Shown here one piece after another: positions 29,430-43,895 of a stretch of DNA of 64,000 nucleotides. Location: assembly GCF_009914755.1 (NCBI RefSeq), contig NC_060933.1; one strand, 5' to 3'. A model generated the notes under the pieces. The model saw only the letters and a program-made list of their open reading frames with translations, made no database searches and was not told the origin of the DNA. How positions within the stretch are numbered: the first letter of the stretch is position 1; the number at the start of each line of letters is the position of its first letter. The translations under genes were made by a program, and so were the position numbers. The stretch is from the human T2T-CHM13v2.0 reference genome, Homo sapiens.

Positions 29430-29630
29430 GATAACGATTATCAATGTGCCAGGCAATGTATTAGGCACTTTAAACATAATGTCTTTTCTAATCCCTAAAT
29501 CAGTAGGATCCTATCATCAGGTTAGTACCTATAATCCCATTTTCCCATTTTACAAATGAGGAAACTAAGGCTCAGGAAAGGGAAGTGACTTTCCTCAATT
29601 TACATTACCCATGAAGACCTAAATTGAAAT

Positions 29631-29632
<2 letters not shown>
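29430..29632 (-). mobile_element. MIR
   Basis: cccattttacaaatgaggaaactaaggctcagg. Confidence 0.75.

Positions 29633-29697
<65 letters not shown>
29633..29697. repeat. Pure (AT)32 microsatellite
   Basis: 65 nt of uninterrupted alternating A/T. Confidence 0.97.
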
Positions 29698-29698
<1 letters not shown>

Positions 29699-30243
29699 CA
29701 CAGGCTATTTCCAGTAGTTGAAACTATCTCAATGGACACTTGGGTTTAGACAGGGTGTATGCCTCAGTTCTAGGTCGATTATATCTCTGCCTTATCTGAT
29801 GACTAATCTTGAACTCCAACTTGCTTGGCTATAGCCTTGATACCCTGCTTAGTTACTTACCAGAGACTCCAGCTGCTTGGACCTCAAACACTAGTCCAGG
29901 TATATTTTATACCAAATACTAACTCAATTTTGAACTGGAAGCCTCATAATTTTTTACTTATGCTTTTTCTCATTGGAGACCAGTCTACAACCAAGTCAGT
30001 ACCCCAAACTAACTCTTGTACCTTCCAGTTTCTCGATTTGCACCTTTCCTTCTGTTGTTTCATTTTTCTCTTTATACTTTTTTCTTTCCGTAATCCATTC
30101 CAATTAGCAGATTAGGGTAAGGCACAGCAGAGAATAACAGGAATGGCTAAACTGGGAGATAAATTTGACATTATTTAAAATTAATCAGAGATTCAGGGAA
30201 GTTAATATTTAAAGAGAAAATAGCACATCTTAGTCTCCTAGCC

Positions 30244-30592
30244 TATCTTAGTCTATGCAGGCCTCTATAACAAATATCTTAGACTGCATAATGTATTAAC
30301 AATAGATATTTATTGCTCACATTCTGGAGGCTGAGAAGCCCAAGATCAAGGTGCCAACAGATTTGGTGTCTAGCGAGGGCTTGTGCTTCATAGATGGTGC
30401 TTTCTATGTGTCCTTACGTGACAGAAGAATAAAAGAGCCGCCTCGAGTATCTTTTGTAAGGCCACTAATTCCATTCATGAAAGCACAACCCTCATGATCT
30501 AATCACCTTCTAAAGGCTTCACCTCTTAATCCTACCACAATGGGGATGAGGTTTCTACATGACTTTTGGAAGGACACATTCAAACCACAGCA
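30244..30592 (-). mobile_element. MLT1A-like MaLR solo LTR
   Basis: ttctggaggctgagaagcccaagatcaaggtgcc...acattcaaaccacagca; TSD tagcc / cagcc. Confidence 0.85.
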
Positions 30593-31149
30593 CAGCCTTT
30601 CTGTGCACTCATTCCCTCCCATAATGTACTTTTTTTCCTTCTAAGCTTCTTGACAATAGATCATTCAGTGCATTGGACAATCATCACTTATCTACACTTG
30701 TATAATGTAATGATCTCTTCCCTAGCCGTTGTTGACTGCGCTAAGGATCAGATCCTGATTCTAGCTAAGCTGTTCTTGGTATAGAAACAATGAGGGAAAA
30801 GGAAACTGGAAGAGGCAAGTAGGGGGTATCTGTTTTTCATGTGACAGGTAGGTGTATGTAGGTGGAAGGTGCAAGCATCTTCCACTATGTAAATGGATAA
30901 ACAAAGATTACTGGTCTAATGAGAATGAGGAAGGAAACACGTTTTAATTATTTAAAAAACAGTGATAAGTGGAGAAAGATTTCAATCAGCCCTAAATGCT
31001 ATGCCCAATTATCTTCCTGCACCCTTGACCACCCACGTCCCTGTCATTTGACTTATTAAAGTTACTGAATTATTTACCTGATCCATTCTCCCTTTTTTAA
31101 AAACTGGAATTATTAAAAGGCATGCCTGCACTATGTTTTAAATGACATA

Positions 31150-31550
31150 CAATTCTCTGCTTTCTGAATTTCTTTCATTTCCCAGTAGATCCAGTTGTTA
31201 TAAAGTGCTTCCTTATGTTGAACGTAAAGCAGTTTCCCTGTACTTTCCACTCGTCAACCCTATTTCTGCTCTTTGGGACCAAATAAAACCAGTAAAATCC
31301 CTTCTGTTTCTACCCGCCCATCCGACATCCGAAAGAAAGCATCCCAACTCTTCTCCCCATTCCATGAAGAAGTTTTTTTTTTTCTAGGCTAAAAGTGCTC
31401 AGGTTATCTTTTTGTGTGTGTGTGTGCCATAGTTTAGAATCCCATGGGTTATGCTGGTCTCTTCTATCTGGTTATAATACAAATTGTTAATCTCTCTCTC
31501 CATGTCTAGATTCGGCTGGCTCAATATGTAATGATGTGGCCCTGTTACGT
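31150..31550 (-). mobile_element. L3/CR1 3' fragment
   Basis: taaagtgcttccttatgttgaac..ttccctgtactttccactc..ctgctctttggg and ttttctaggctaaa, typical L3 antisense motifs. Confidence 0.6.
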
Positions 31551-32403
31551 GCCTGTCTCTATGGTCCTACTTACATTATAAATAATCACTGCCTTGTGAT
31601 TCTAACATCAAGAAGCTACAGTACTACATGGTGGTATTATGTTTGACATCAGACATGGCCCAACAGGGGAGAAGAATATGCTTCAACAGTTAGATGATTA
31701 TGTTAATACAAACTGGGATTTTTTATTATGTTTGTCTCTTTCAAGACTGAATTTGATGTGATTGCTTCTGCTGATTCAGTACTAGGTAATGGAGGCTGAA
31801 ATGTATTCCTCAGAAGATCCTCCGGGAACAGCCACCTGGGACTGACAGAGAGAGTCACTGGGTGTCACTGTTGAGTCATACAAATGCACTGGCCGCTTGC
31901 TTATAGAAGTCTGGCTCCTTAAAGAAGCTAGGAGAAGGAGGTTTGGGGTGGCTGCCTGTCTCCTCCTGGTCTGTGTCTCTTCACTAGGGTCAAGATAGAG
32001 CATCCCTCTCCCAGATTTTCCCTAAGAAGTATTGAGTCAGATGTGCCCATGTCAGTGTGGGCTTTAGCTGCTGTTTAATGAGTTGATCCATCCTTGATCT
32101 GCCTGATGGTGCTGATAGGGGTCTGCTTTTATGTATGTATGTAGTAAGTGATCACACCCCCACCCTAGTCAAAGAGGTCTCCCCCGCATACCCAGGACTT
32201 GCTGAAACTTATAGCTCTCTTCAGAGCAGATAAGCCCTTCCATTCCACTGTTTGTTCCAGATTCAGACTGTGATTTCAGTCTCAGTCAAGGGTCAGTGGC
32301 ACATTTCAGGTTTTTTTTTTTTTTAATGGGAGTACTGATTTTGATAGAAATAAAGACAGGTGGAATTGTAGGCATTAGCACTTTGAAGGGCAAGGAGAAA
32401 AAT

Positions 32404-32459
32404 AGATCAAAGGAGAGACGGGCCAAAGGTTACTAGATCAAAGGTAGATAGATCAAAGG
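32404..32459. promoter_or_regulatory. Cluster of three perfect TCF/LEF motifs (AGATCAAAGG)
   Basis: exact copies at 32404-32413, 32435-32444 and 32450-32459; function untested. Confidence 0.5.
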
Positions 32460-32859
32460 TTACTAGAGACGGCTGAGTGCTCTAGTAACCTTCTATCCAA
32501 AAACTGACCCTGTTACTAACCCAGCCTGACCCACACATAGGCCATGAACTTTTGTTACCTCAGTGACTAAATATCCTTCATGAGATGGTCACTCAGGTTC
32601 ATTGGCAGGTGTTCTCAATCCCTTTAGGTGAACGTCATGAAAATGCAAATACCAAAATACCACATCCCTAAAACTTTTTCTGATGTCTGAGGAAAGCCCT
32701 AGGCATCAGTATATTTATAAACCCCACATGTCACTAAGGAATTTCTAAAGCACATTCTTCCAGTCGTGATTGACTGATTCTATGCTTTCTGAAGATTGCA
32801 CATCACATTACTTTTTTTAAAATTTTTGCTTCCTCTGGAATTCAGTACTGAGTTACATC

Positions 32860-33560
32860 CCAAGCAATCCCTCCAAAATGCAAATATGATTGACCCTCTG
32901 CTCTCTCCTTTTAAACTCCCGAATGTCTAATCACCACACATAAGTCAAGTGTAAAGACTGTGCCCTGTTACTCATGTGCTTCCTCATTGGCCCCTGCTTA
33001 TTCCAGGACAGAACAGTTTCCATCCACACACTGGTTTAAGCCAGGGGCTCCCCACTTGGCTGCACACTGAAACTACCTGTGGAGCTTTTGAAAGCACTGA
33101 TGTCTGAGTCCCATCCCCAGGACTTCTGCTTTACTGGTAGGGAAAGAAGCTCAGGCATCGTGAGCTTTCAAAGCTCCTCAGGTGATTCTAATGGAACACA
33201 AAGCTTTAGAATCACTATTCTTTGGTTTTCTCCCTTCTAGAACACACATTTTCTTATCCTCCTTTGGCCAAGCCATAGCTGTTAATCCTTCTTGACTCAA
33301 CCCACTGATCATCTCCTTGAAGAAATCAACTCTGAACATACTCCTCTAGTCAAGTTAAAGATTTTTCTTAGGGATTCCATAGTTTCTTGTGCTTACTTAG
33401 GCTATTGTATCAGAAATATCTATATGTCTATTTTTTTACCTCTAGACTATAAGCTTATACTGGGTAAGTGAATTAATAGAACATGTATGTCATTGTGTGC
33501 CCAGTGCACAGCACAGAACTTAGCACCTATTAAGTGCCCAGGAAATATTTTGTAGGCTGG
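32860..33560 (+). mobile_element. L2 remnant, interrupted by MER5
   Basis: ctccaaaatgcaaatatgat...ctagactataagctt...cagtgcacagcacagaacttagcac. Confidence 0.55.
33042..33217. mobile_element. MER5 (MER5B-like) hAT MITE
   Basis: cacttggctgcacactgaaactacctgtggagctttt...aagctcctcaggtgattctaatg. Confidence 0.75.
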
Positions 33561-33609
33561 AACTACTGTTAATGGAGAATGCAAATGAGGTAATAAATGA
33601 ATAATCAGT

Positions 33610-34110
33610 GACAATGAAAATAATTAAACTTTACTGTGTATATAGCCAGACACAAAGTATTACAGAGTCGTTACCTTATTTTACATTCCCAAAAATTCCC
33701 ATTAGAAAGAGTGATCTCCATTTTAGCTTAAGAAGTTCAGGTTTAGAGGTGGTAAGTAGATGCTGTGCAGGCATAATTTGAAGGCTGGTCTGTCTGACTT
33801 CACTTTCAGTCACTTTACTGATTGCCTCTAAAAATAGAAAGGGAAGGATATCTAACCGATTTTCTCATTGGAGTTTTTACTGGGTTCTTTTTGCCAGGCA
33901 TTATATTGGCTCTTTAAATACTTCATCCTACTTAACCCACACAACAACTCTATAAATTAGTATTATTAGTCCCATTTAATTGATAAGAAAACCAAGCCTC
34001 AGAAAGAAGCAAAGTAATTCAGGCAAGCCCATATGGCAAGGAAGTAACAAATGCTATATGAAATCCTGTGGCTCTGTGCTTGTCTGTCTTTAATATTCAG
34101 AGTTGCTCAC
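33610..34110 (-). mobile_element. Two MIR copies
   Basis: ctccattttagcttaagaag and cccatttaattgataagaaaaccaagcctcaga cores. Confidence 0.6.
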
Positions 34111-35659
34111 TATGCTACAATTGCCTTATAATAGATGAGGAAGAAGAAAGGCAGAGGAGCAAGTAGGAGAGAGAGAGAGAACTGACTCCAAACATAGATC
34201 AGATACAAAAATGAATTTTTGGACTGACTTTGATAAGGACAGAATACCTCAAAGACAGAATTCTTTGTCTCTATTCTTTAGCAATTTTCCCCCAAGAGTC
34301 ACTGGGACAAACGAGTAAAACAACTTTTCTTTTGAAAAGATTGGTTGCTTATTCTAAGCCTGCCAAAGATATCTGAAGTGTAACCAAATCTTTGTATTTG
34401 ATGCCCTTGTGATTCCTTCATTTAGACAATTAGCACAGAATCTTACAGCCCATGAGCTTTGGTTCATGATTTTTTTTTTTAAGTGATGAGCACCTGAGGC
34501 TCACAGAGGAAAAGCTTGGCAAAGGTGACCTTGCAGAATAGTGGCCAGAACCCAGTTCTTTTTATTCCCCGTCTAGTGTTCTTTAGCCATGGGTTAACTC
34601 GGTGATTAAATATGGTTAAACATGATGAATATTTTAAAAGCTACTTGGAGTTTCTTGGTTCTAAAGTACTCTGAATGCCAAACGCAACATATTTTTATTG
34701 CCTATTTCTACCACATAACAAGGCCATTTGCTCTGTGGGATCTTGGTAATAGGGATAAGTAGGAACAAACAGAGGTAAGGTACAGATTCTTTTTCCTCAC
34801 TAATGTGAACAGATGGCTTACAATGGGAAGTGGATACTGGCTGCAAAGATGTGTGAACCACTGTCACCCTGTGAATCTTTGAGAAAGAGTGGAAGAGGCA
34901 TCTGGAAATTCAGTGGTTGAGCCCTGAATAAAAAGACACGTTAGGCCTCTCAGGACCTGGTTAAAGTTGTGGGAAGAACATCAGATTGAGAAGCAAGTTA
35001 CATCTAGTGCTTTCAGGATCTAAAACTTTAGAGAAGCTGATAAACGCTCCTGTGCCTATGCTGGCTGATGTGTTACATAAAATGGGAATTACAATATTTG
35101 CCAATGTGCAAGCATGTTAGGTACTTGCATGCATACATTTTCTGATGGTGGTTCTTTTAATCTGTTCTCTCTCTTCTTTCTCTATCAATAATTTTTCTTC
35201 AAGGCCTAACAGTGTTGTTATTTTATAATCTTTCACCAGTCTCTTAATAAGAAGTAATTTCTCTTCCCTCTCTTCATCCTGATGTGTGCATGTGTATTTG
35301 CTATGATTCTTAATTCAGCATGCTTTTACTTGTGATTTGCTATCAGTATATCTACCTCCTTTACTAAATAGTTAAGTTCTTCTGGGCAAGAGCTATGTTT
35401 TCACCATTCCTTTTTCTTCCAGTAAAATTACGCAATTTGTTTTGCATAGAGAAAGTTCTTATTCACCATTGATTATGTCATGTTAAATTGTAACCATAGA
35501 CACTACCTGTGTTCTTCCAGACATAAAGTCTAAAAACTGAGTGTCCATTGTGAGTTATTTGAGAAAATGGCTACAGAAATACTTGGAAATTTACCAGATT
35601 ATCACAAAGGATATGGAGGCAGAAGCAGAAATCGTGGATATGAGACTGCTCAAAATATA

Positions 35660-35845
35660 TAACTTTAGGCAATCAATTCACTTTACTGGGCCTCAATTTT
35701 CTCATCTGTAAATTGGGGATGATAGTACTTGTCTTAACTACTTCCCAGTATGATTGTAAGGATGGCATGAGATAACATTTAAAGGCATTTTGCAAACTAT
35801 ATAGCACTATAGATAGGTCAAGGTTGAGTATTATTTTTATTATTG
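35660..35845 (+). mobile_element. MIR
   Basis: gggcctcaattttctcatctgtaaattggggatgatag. Confidence 0.75.
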
Positions 35846-35854
35846 TTGTAATTG

Positions 35855-36199
35855 CGGTTATGTGTTACATAATGATGTTGTAGTCAACAGCAGAACACAT
35901 ATACAATGGTGGTCACACAAGATTATAATACTGTATTTTAATGTATCTTTTCTATATTTAAGTGTGTTTAAATACAAAAATACTTACCATAATTTATAAT
36001 TACCTACAGTATTCAGTACAGTACCCTGTTGTACAGGTTTGTCGTCTGGCAGCAATAGACTATACCATATAGCCTAAGTGTGTAGTGGGCTATACCATGT
36101 AGGTTTGGGTAAGTACACCTTTGATGATTACACAATGACAAAATCATCTAATAATGCATTTCTCAGAAACTATCCTCATTGTTAAGCGATGCATGACTA
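35855..36199 (+). mobile_element. Tigger3a-like MITE
   Basis: ~345 bp with TIR end gttaagcgatgcatgacta; same family as 26218-27822. Confidence 0.85.
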
Positions 36200-36465
36200 T
36201 ATTACTACATCATAACTCTCTAAAATCTCATGTGGTTTACGTAACTATAATTCTGAACTTGGTGGAGTTTTATAGTAAAAATGGTAAATAAGAGATAACT
36301 GTATTAAAAATGGCCATGTTCTTTTGGTCTTCTTGGAAATTTCCTAATGAAACAAGAACTAAAATCTGAAATCTTTAGAATGCTAACAGAGCCAGAACCA
36401 ATATACATGTATAATCCAGGCAACCTATTGGCTACTCAGAAATAATAACAGATGAGAATGGGACT

Positions 36466-36733
36466 GGAGACCAAGGCAGAATGATCACTTGAGGCCAGGA
36501 GTTTCAGACCAGCCTGGACAATATAGTGAGACCCCATCTCTACAAAAAAAAAATCAGTAAAAAGAAAAAATAAGTATTCAGGTATGGTGGCTTTAGCCTG
36601 TAGTTTCAGCGACTTAGGAAGCTGAAGTGGGAGAATGGCTTGAGCCCAGGAGTTGGAGGTTATAGTGAGCGATGATGTGCCACTGTACTCCAGATGGATG
36701 AAAAAGTGAAATTCTGTCTCTGGAAAAAAAAAA
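36466..36733 (+). mobile_element. 5'-truncated AluJ
   Basis: cttgaggccaggagtttcagaccagcctgg; TSD aatg(g)gactgga. Confidence 0.88.
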
Positions 36734-37050
36734 ATGGACTGGAAGGTATAAGAGGTAGGAGGAGTTTTCTCTTGAGCTTATATTAATCCTTGACTTCTCA
36801 CAGCAACCTACAATCTTCTGATGTATTTGCCAGCAGTCTCACCTTCAGAGACGCCTCGGCCATTTCAGTGACTCTTTACCAAATTTGAACCCTGCCTTTT
36901 TGTTAGTGATCTTGAGCAATTCATTTTTGCTATCTGAATCTGTTTTCTCATCTGCAAGATGGGGGTACATACAAATAGAGACAATAGCCAGCATTTACTG
37001 AATAACTACAGAGTGTCCAACTCTGGGATGGTTATTCTGTATCTCCCTAA

Positions 37051-38266
<1,216 letters not shown>

Positions 38267-38789
38267 GGCGAAGAGCTTGGAAAACAAAATGTCATAGGTA
38301 TGCATCAGTTTTCAGAAGTTTTAAATGAGTAATCTTTGAGTAAATGTAAAAACGATCCCTCTCCCCCTCTATACTTTCTTTCACTACAAACTAGAGGAGA
38401 ATAATGCCCAACTTTGCTAGATTATGAAGACACTAAGTACTATAGAACAGGCTTTGAAACCTAGTAAAGGATCTCATTAGTTACTGGATCCAGAGGTGAT
38501 GGGTTCTCTGGATCCTATGCCTATACTGGTGGCCAGAGGAGTGGGAATAAAATGACTGTCTGTGCCCCTAGAATCACCTGGGATGAGCACTTCTCCAAAG
38601 GGTTAAGGGAAGAGTCTTTCCTACTCAGACAAAAACAACAACAACAAAAACAAACAAATAAACAAAAAAAACCCAACTCCAATTTTTGTCACAATTTGTC
38701 ACAATTGTAAGGTTCAAGCTAAAAACAGAAAGATACATTTACTTCCTACCCCCTCCCAAGGCACCCAATTAGAAATTTTACTTTAGATA

Positions 38790-39430
38790 CATATGAATTC
38801 ATTTGGATAAAATTATTCAACCAGTCACTAGTTCTTCTAATTATACTAGCCTTTTTCACATGAATATTAGGAGAGCTATTTGACAAATGCCTTGCTCAAG
38901 TGCAGATATATCTTCTCTACCAAATTTCTCTGGTCTAGTAAACTTAATATAGGAGAAAATGAGGCTAGTTTAACACAGAGGCAGCTCTGAAAATCTTATG
39001 TGGAAGATAGCAATTAATTTGGAGGGGCCGGGTACTAGACACTTTTCCTAAAGCAGTGAGCAGAGCGAGCATTCTATATTTATTCATATAAGTAACTGGA
39101 GGAGGTTGGTGGAGATTATAAGAACTTTAAGCAGTTATGGTCCTTTCAGGGCACCTCAAAATACTGCCCACAGCCAGGAGTTTTACTACATAAAACTATG
39201 CTGAGCCCTAGGAATCACTGGTTTCCCTTTAACCACTGTCAAGCTGAGCCCCAGATAATGAGAGATAAGGTGAATATGCCATCGCAGCTCTCTCAGGGAC
39301 CTCTCAATCTTTCTAACAACTTATTGTTCTAGAATCATGCTTAAGATGGGTGTCAAAACCACCAGTCTCTATTTTGTCAAACTCAACATATTTCCATGTT
39401 TCGAAAATAAGAAGGACATTCATTTGTCTC
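38790..39430 (-). mobile_element. L3/CR1 RT-domain fragments
   Basis: minus-strand LDQRNLVEKIYLHLSKAFVK (cf. VDVVYLDFSKAFD) at ~38880-38940 and K*RLVVLT (cf. NYRPVSLT) at ~39350-39375. Confidence 0.65.
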
Positions 39431-39579
39431 TCATATTCCATCCTCTGTCTTTATCTTCTGATACACATTCCCTGATTCAGCAAAGATTACAGTGAATAGT
39501 TCAGGGATAATAGAGGCATATACAAATAGTCTCCTCCTTCACAAAGTTGCCCCCCTACCTCCCATCACGCTATAAAAAG

Positions 39580-39830
39580 GAGGGAATAAATAGAATTGGA
39601 TTTATAAAACCTGGACTTAATTCAGGCTCCCACACTAACTAACTGGGTCATTTGAGCAAATATTAACTTTTCCGAGTTTGGTTGTCTGCAAGATGACTTA
39701 ATAATAACTGATTTGTCTACCATACAGGATTTCTGTGACACCTAAATGAAATTTTGTTTATGAATGCACTTAAAGCCAGCAAATAGGTCTATTTCATAGA
39801 CGGTAGAGTGCTATAATTATTGCTATTATC
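39580..39830 (+). mobile_element. MIR
   Basis: acctggacttaattcaggctcccacactaactaactgggtcatttgagcaaa. Confidence 0.6.
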
Positions 39831-40924
39831 ACTATATAGCTTTTATCTTCATAGCATCAAACATCTGACTACGAACCAGATTTCTATTATCTTCTGTTCA
39901 ACAGCCTCACAGCCTAAACCACTCACTGACATTATTTGTACCTCCTGGAGAAGCATTTCAAGAACTTCACTAAATAATCTTTATTTATATTTGGCTGCTA
40001 CTACTCTGGACAGAAGTTGACTGTTATTTATCTTTAAGATGCAATTTTCTTCTCTTTCTTTTAAATCTATGTTCTGTGAATGGGTCTTTTACATCAAAAA
40101 AATTGTTTTATTTTACACATCCTCCTATAGAATAGCTGACAGTATTAACTGCAATAATAGAATTTCATTATCAGAAAGAAAAGTGTTTCTGGGATGGATA
40201 TCTAGTTGTGAGGAGGAGGTGGGAGGGGAATAAGAGAAGGAAGCATTTCAGATCAATATAGTCCCATTGTCTGACTTTCCCTTTCATTGGTATATCAGAA
40301 AAGAAGGCAAGCTAAAGTCCCACAAAATTAAAGGGACACATGCAAGAAGGAGAAGTACCAAATTGAGCTTTTGTTGGAAATTGTTGAGGAGGAGGGCAAA
40401 TCGCCTTTCAAATCTTCAAATGCTTTTATAAAGTTCCCTTAAAACATTTTCGCTGACTTTCTTTTCTTCCCTCCTTTTTCAAATGTAAATCACATTTTGA
40501 ATATTTTTATATTATTCTAAAAAATCACCTACAAGTTTATTCAGTGAAAGAACTCGAGGGAAATACAGATAAATGAAAACACATTTTTAGATGGACAAAC
40601 TGTGTTAGTCATAAACAAAATCATGCAAATGAAAGCACTATATAAACTACAGCCTTTTATACATGCAAAAGTTTATCAATTGATTTGTTGATGCTTTTAT
40701 ATTGTGATAAATAAAATAGCAAATGTAAAGTAGTATCTGACACATAGTTAACCCCAAGTAAGTAAATATTAAATTTCTTCCCCTTTTGAGGACAAGATAG
40801 CTTCACTTGGGTCTCATCCATAGAGCAAGCACATATTAGAGAAAAATGTATCTATACATCGTTGCCAGCCTTTTTTACTTAATATATTTTACATCAAAGT
40901 CACAGTGATTGATTGTGTGTCCTG

Positions 40925-41175
40925 GGTGTTGGCCACTTTTTGGAATGAACTTGTGAACTTCTTCATCTCATTTGTGTGGCAAGAGATATCAAAGGTCTTA
41001 AAAATTTTTATTTTCCCTTTGATGCAATAATTTTACTTCCTGGAATATATCACGAGGCAGTAATCCTACAACCAGAAAAAATTTTATGTACTGAAATGTT
41101 TACCACAACCTTATATGCACAATAAAAATGTGTAAACAAATTTCATTTATAACAATAGGGGAATGATTAACTCAA
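40925..41175 (+). mobile_element. Old L1 (L1M) ORF2 3' fragment
   Basis: ccctttgatgcaataattttacttcctggaatatatc. Confidence 0.55.
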
Positions 41176-41304
41176 GCTGAAGGCCAGTAGCAGCTATGCT
41201 GGCTCAACTAACTGTGCAGAACCAGTCCCCAGTACAATGCTGGTTGAAGATTCAATATGTATTTGTGAAACTGAATAATTTTACAATGTTAACAACCATG
41301 AAAT

Positions 41305-42080
<776 letters not shown>

Positions 42081-42377
42081 TAAAAGATGTTTCTAAGAGT
42101 ATTAGAAAAAATGAAAATTACTGATAATTTGTTTTAATTTAATTTAAATGTTAAACCCCTCCAAAGTATAATGTATTATAAGACTACACTGTAGTCTACT
42201 ATATAAATATAATTCTGTTATATTATATGTAAGAGCAAAAGGAAAGAATCCAAAATGTTTATGACTGTCTCTGCATATTTTTTCTGTATCTTTCCAGTGT
42301 CTTAAAAGCAATTAGCACTTATTAGTTGTATGATGAACAAAAAATACAGATTATCTTAAACTATTTCTGTTCCTCTT

Positions 42378-42555
42378 TTTAAATTAATATACAATATTTA
42401 GACATAAATATATGGAGTACATGTGATATTTTGCTACATACATAGAATGTATAATGATCAAGTCAGAGCATTTAGGATATCCATCACCTCCAACATTTAT
42501 CATTTCCATGTGCTGGAAACATTTCAAATTCTCTCTTCTAGCTATTTTGAAATAT
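42378..42555 (-). mobile_element. Short L1MA 3' end
   Basis: tatggagtacatgtgatattttgctacatacatagaatgtataatgatcaagtcag. Confidence 0.75.
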
Positions 42556-43139
42556 TAGCTCAGGGATGTCTCCTTTAAAGCTAAACTATAATGGAGTAAG
42601 GTAGGAAGCCTGTTGGTAGTAGCTTTCCCATCTCTCCAGTCTTGCTTCCCACTGAATTATAAATTCTTCAAATGCAGGAAGAAAAAATCCTCACATTTTC
42701 TCTGTACAACAATGGCCCGTTATTATAGTTGGTTTATAATAGGTTCTTAATAAATATTTTGCATTAATTAATGCATAGTGATCCTGAGAATATACTGATG
42801 AGTCATCAATTTTTGATAAGAAAATAGTAGTTACTTGATAGTTAAAACAAAAGAAAATAAAACCGGAAAATATTTCATGTCTACTTCATTATTTAAAATT
42901 TTAATCAAAAGCTTAATTCATTTTTTAAACATATTTGTTTGCCCTATTTTATGATACAAAAATTGTTGTAATAAATGCAAAAAAAGTATAACCAGTTACC
43001 TAACATTTCTCTATCCAATTCTTCCTTACTAAAGTAACCAAAGATAACCATGTACTATACATCTTTCCTCATATTTCTCTTTGATTATACTGACCTATGC
43101 AAGCATTTGCAAATATTTAAGAGTTTTGTTTGTTCATTT

Positions 43140-43895
43140 AAAAAACTTTTATTTCGAAATAATTATAGATTCACAGAAGTTTATTCATAAGAATAGTACA
43201 GAGGGGCTCAGTGTACCCTTCACCTGGTTTCTGTCAATAACATCTTACATAATTATAGTATAATATCAAACAGTCATGCAGTCCAGAAAACTTATTCAGT
43301 TTTCACCAGCTTTACAGGCACTCATGTGTGTGAGTGTGTAAATTTGGGTAGCTCTATGTAATTTTATAGCATGCATATTCATGTAATTACAACAATAATT
43401 GAAATATAGATCTGTCTCATTACCACAACATTCCCTCATGCTACCATTTTATAGTTACATCCATCCCCTCCTCCTTTCCTTCTCCCCTTCTTTAATTTCT
43501 GCCAACCATAAATCTGTTACACATCTCTAAAATCTTGTCATTTGTCCGGGTGTGGTGGCTCATGCCTGTAATCCCAGCAATTTGGGAGGTCGAGGTGGAT
43601 GGATCACTTGAGGTTAAGAGCTCAAGACCAGACTGGTCAACATGGTGAAACCCTGTCTCTACTAAAAATACAAAAATTAGCTGGACATGGTGGGGCATGC
43701 TTGTAATCCCAGCTACTAGGGAGGCTGAGGCAGGAGACTCACTTGAACCCAGGAGGCACAGGCTGCAGTGAGTCAAGATCATGCCACCACACTCCAGCCT
43801 GGGAGACAATGTGAGACTCTGTCTCAAAAATAAATAAATACATAAAATCTTGTCATTTTAAGAATATTATATAAATTGAATCATACAATACATAT
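43140..43895 (-). mobile_element. L1MC/MD-like 3' end, interrupted by an Alu
   Basis: ttttatttcgaaataattatagattcacagaag...tagtacagaggggctcagtgtacccttcacc. Confidence 0.7.
43544..43842 (+). mobile_element. AluSx-like
   Basis: full dimer; perfect 16-bp TSD taaaatcttgtcattt (43528-43543 / 43843-43858). Confidence 0.94.

Noticed and set aside
31746-31785. Possible 40-nt micro-exon
   Set aside because: Uncommon AAG acceptor and a middling donor; no other support
32400-32492. CRISPR-like repeat/spacer reading of the TAGATCAAAGG repeats
   Set aside because: Repeats are 11 bp with irregular 4-20 nt spacers in a primate context; no cas genes
42181-42197. agactaca-c-tgtagtct palindrome
   Set aside because: 8-bp arms are expected by chance in 64 kb of AT-rich DNA
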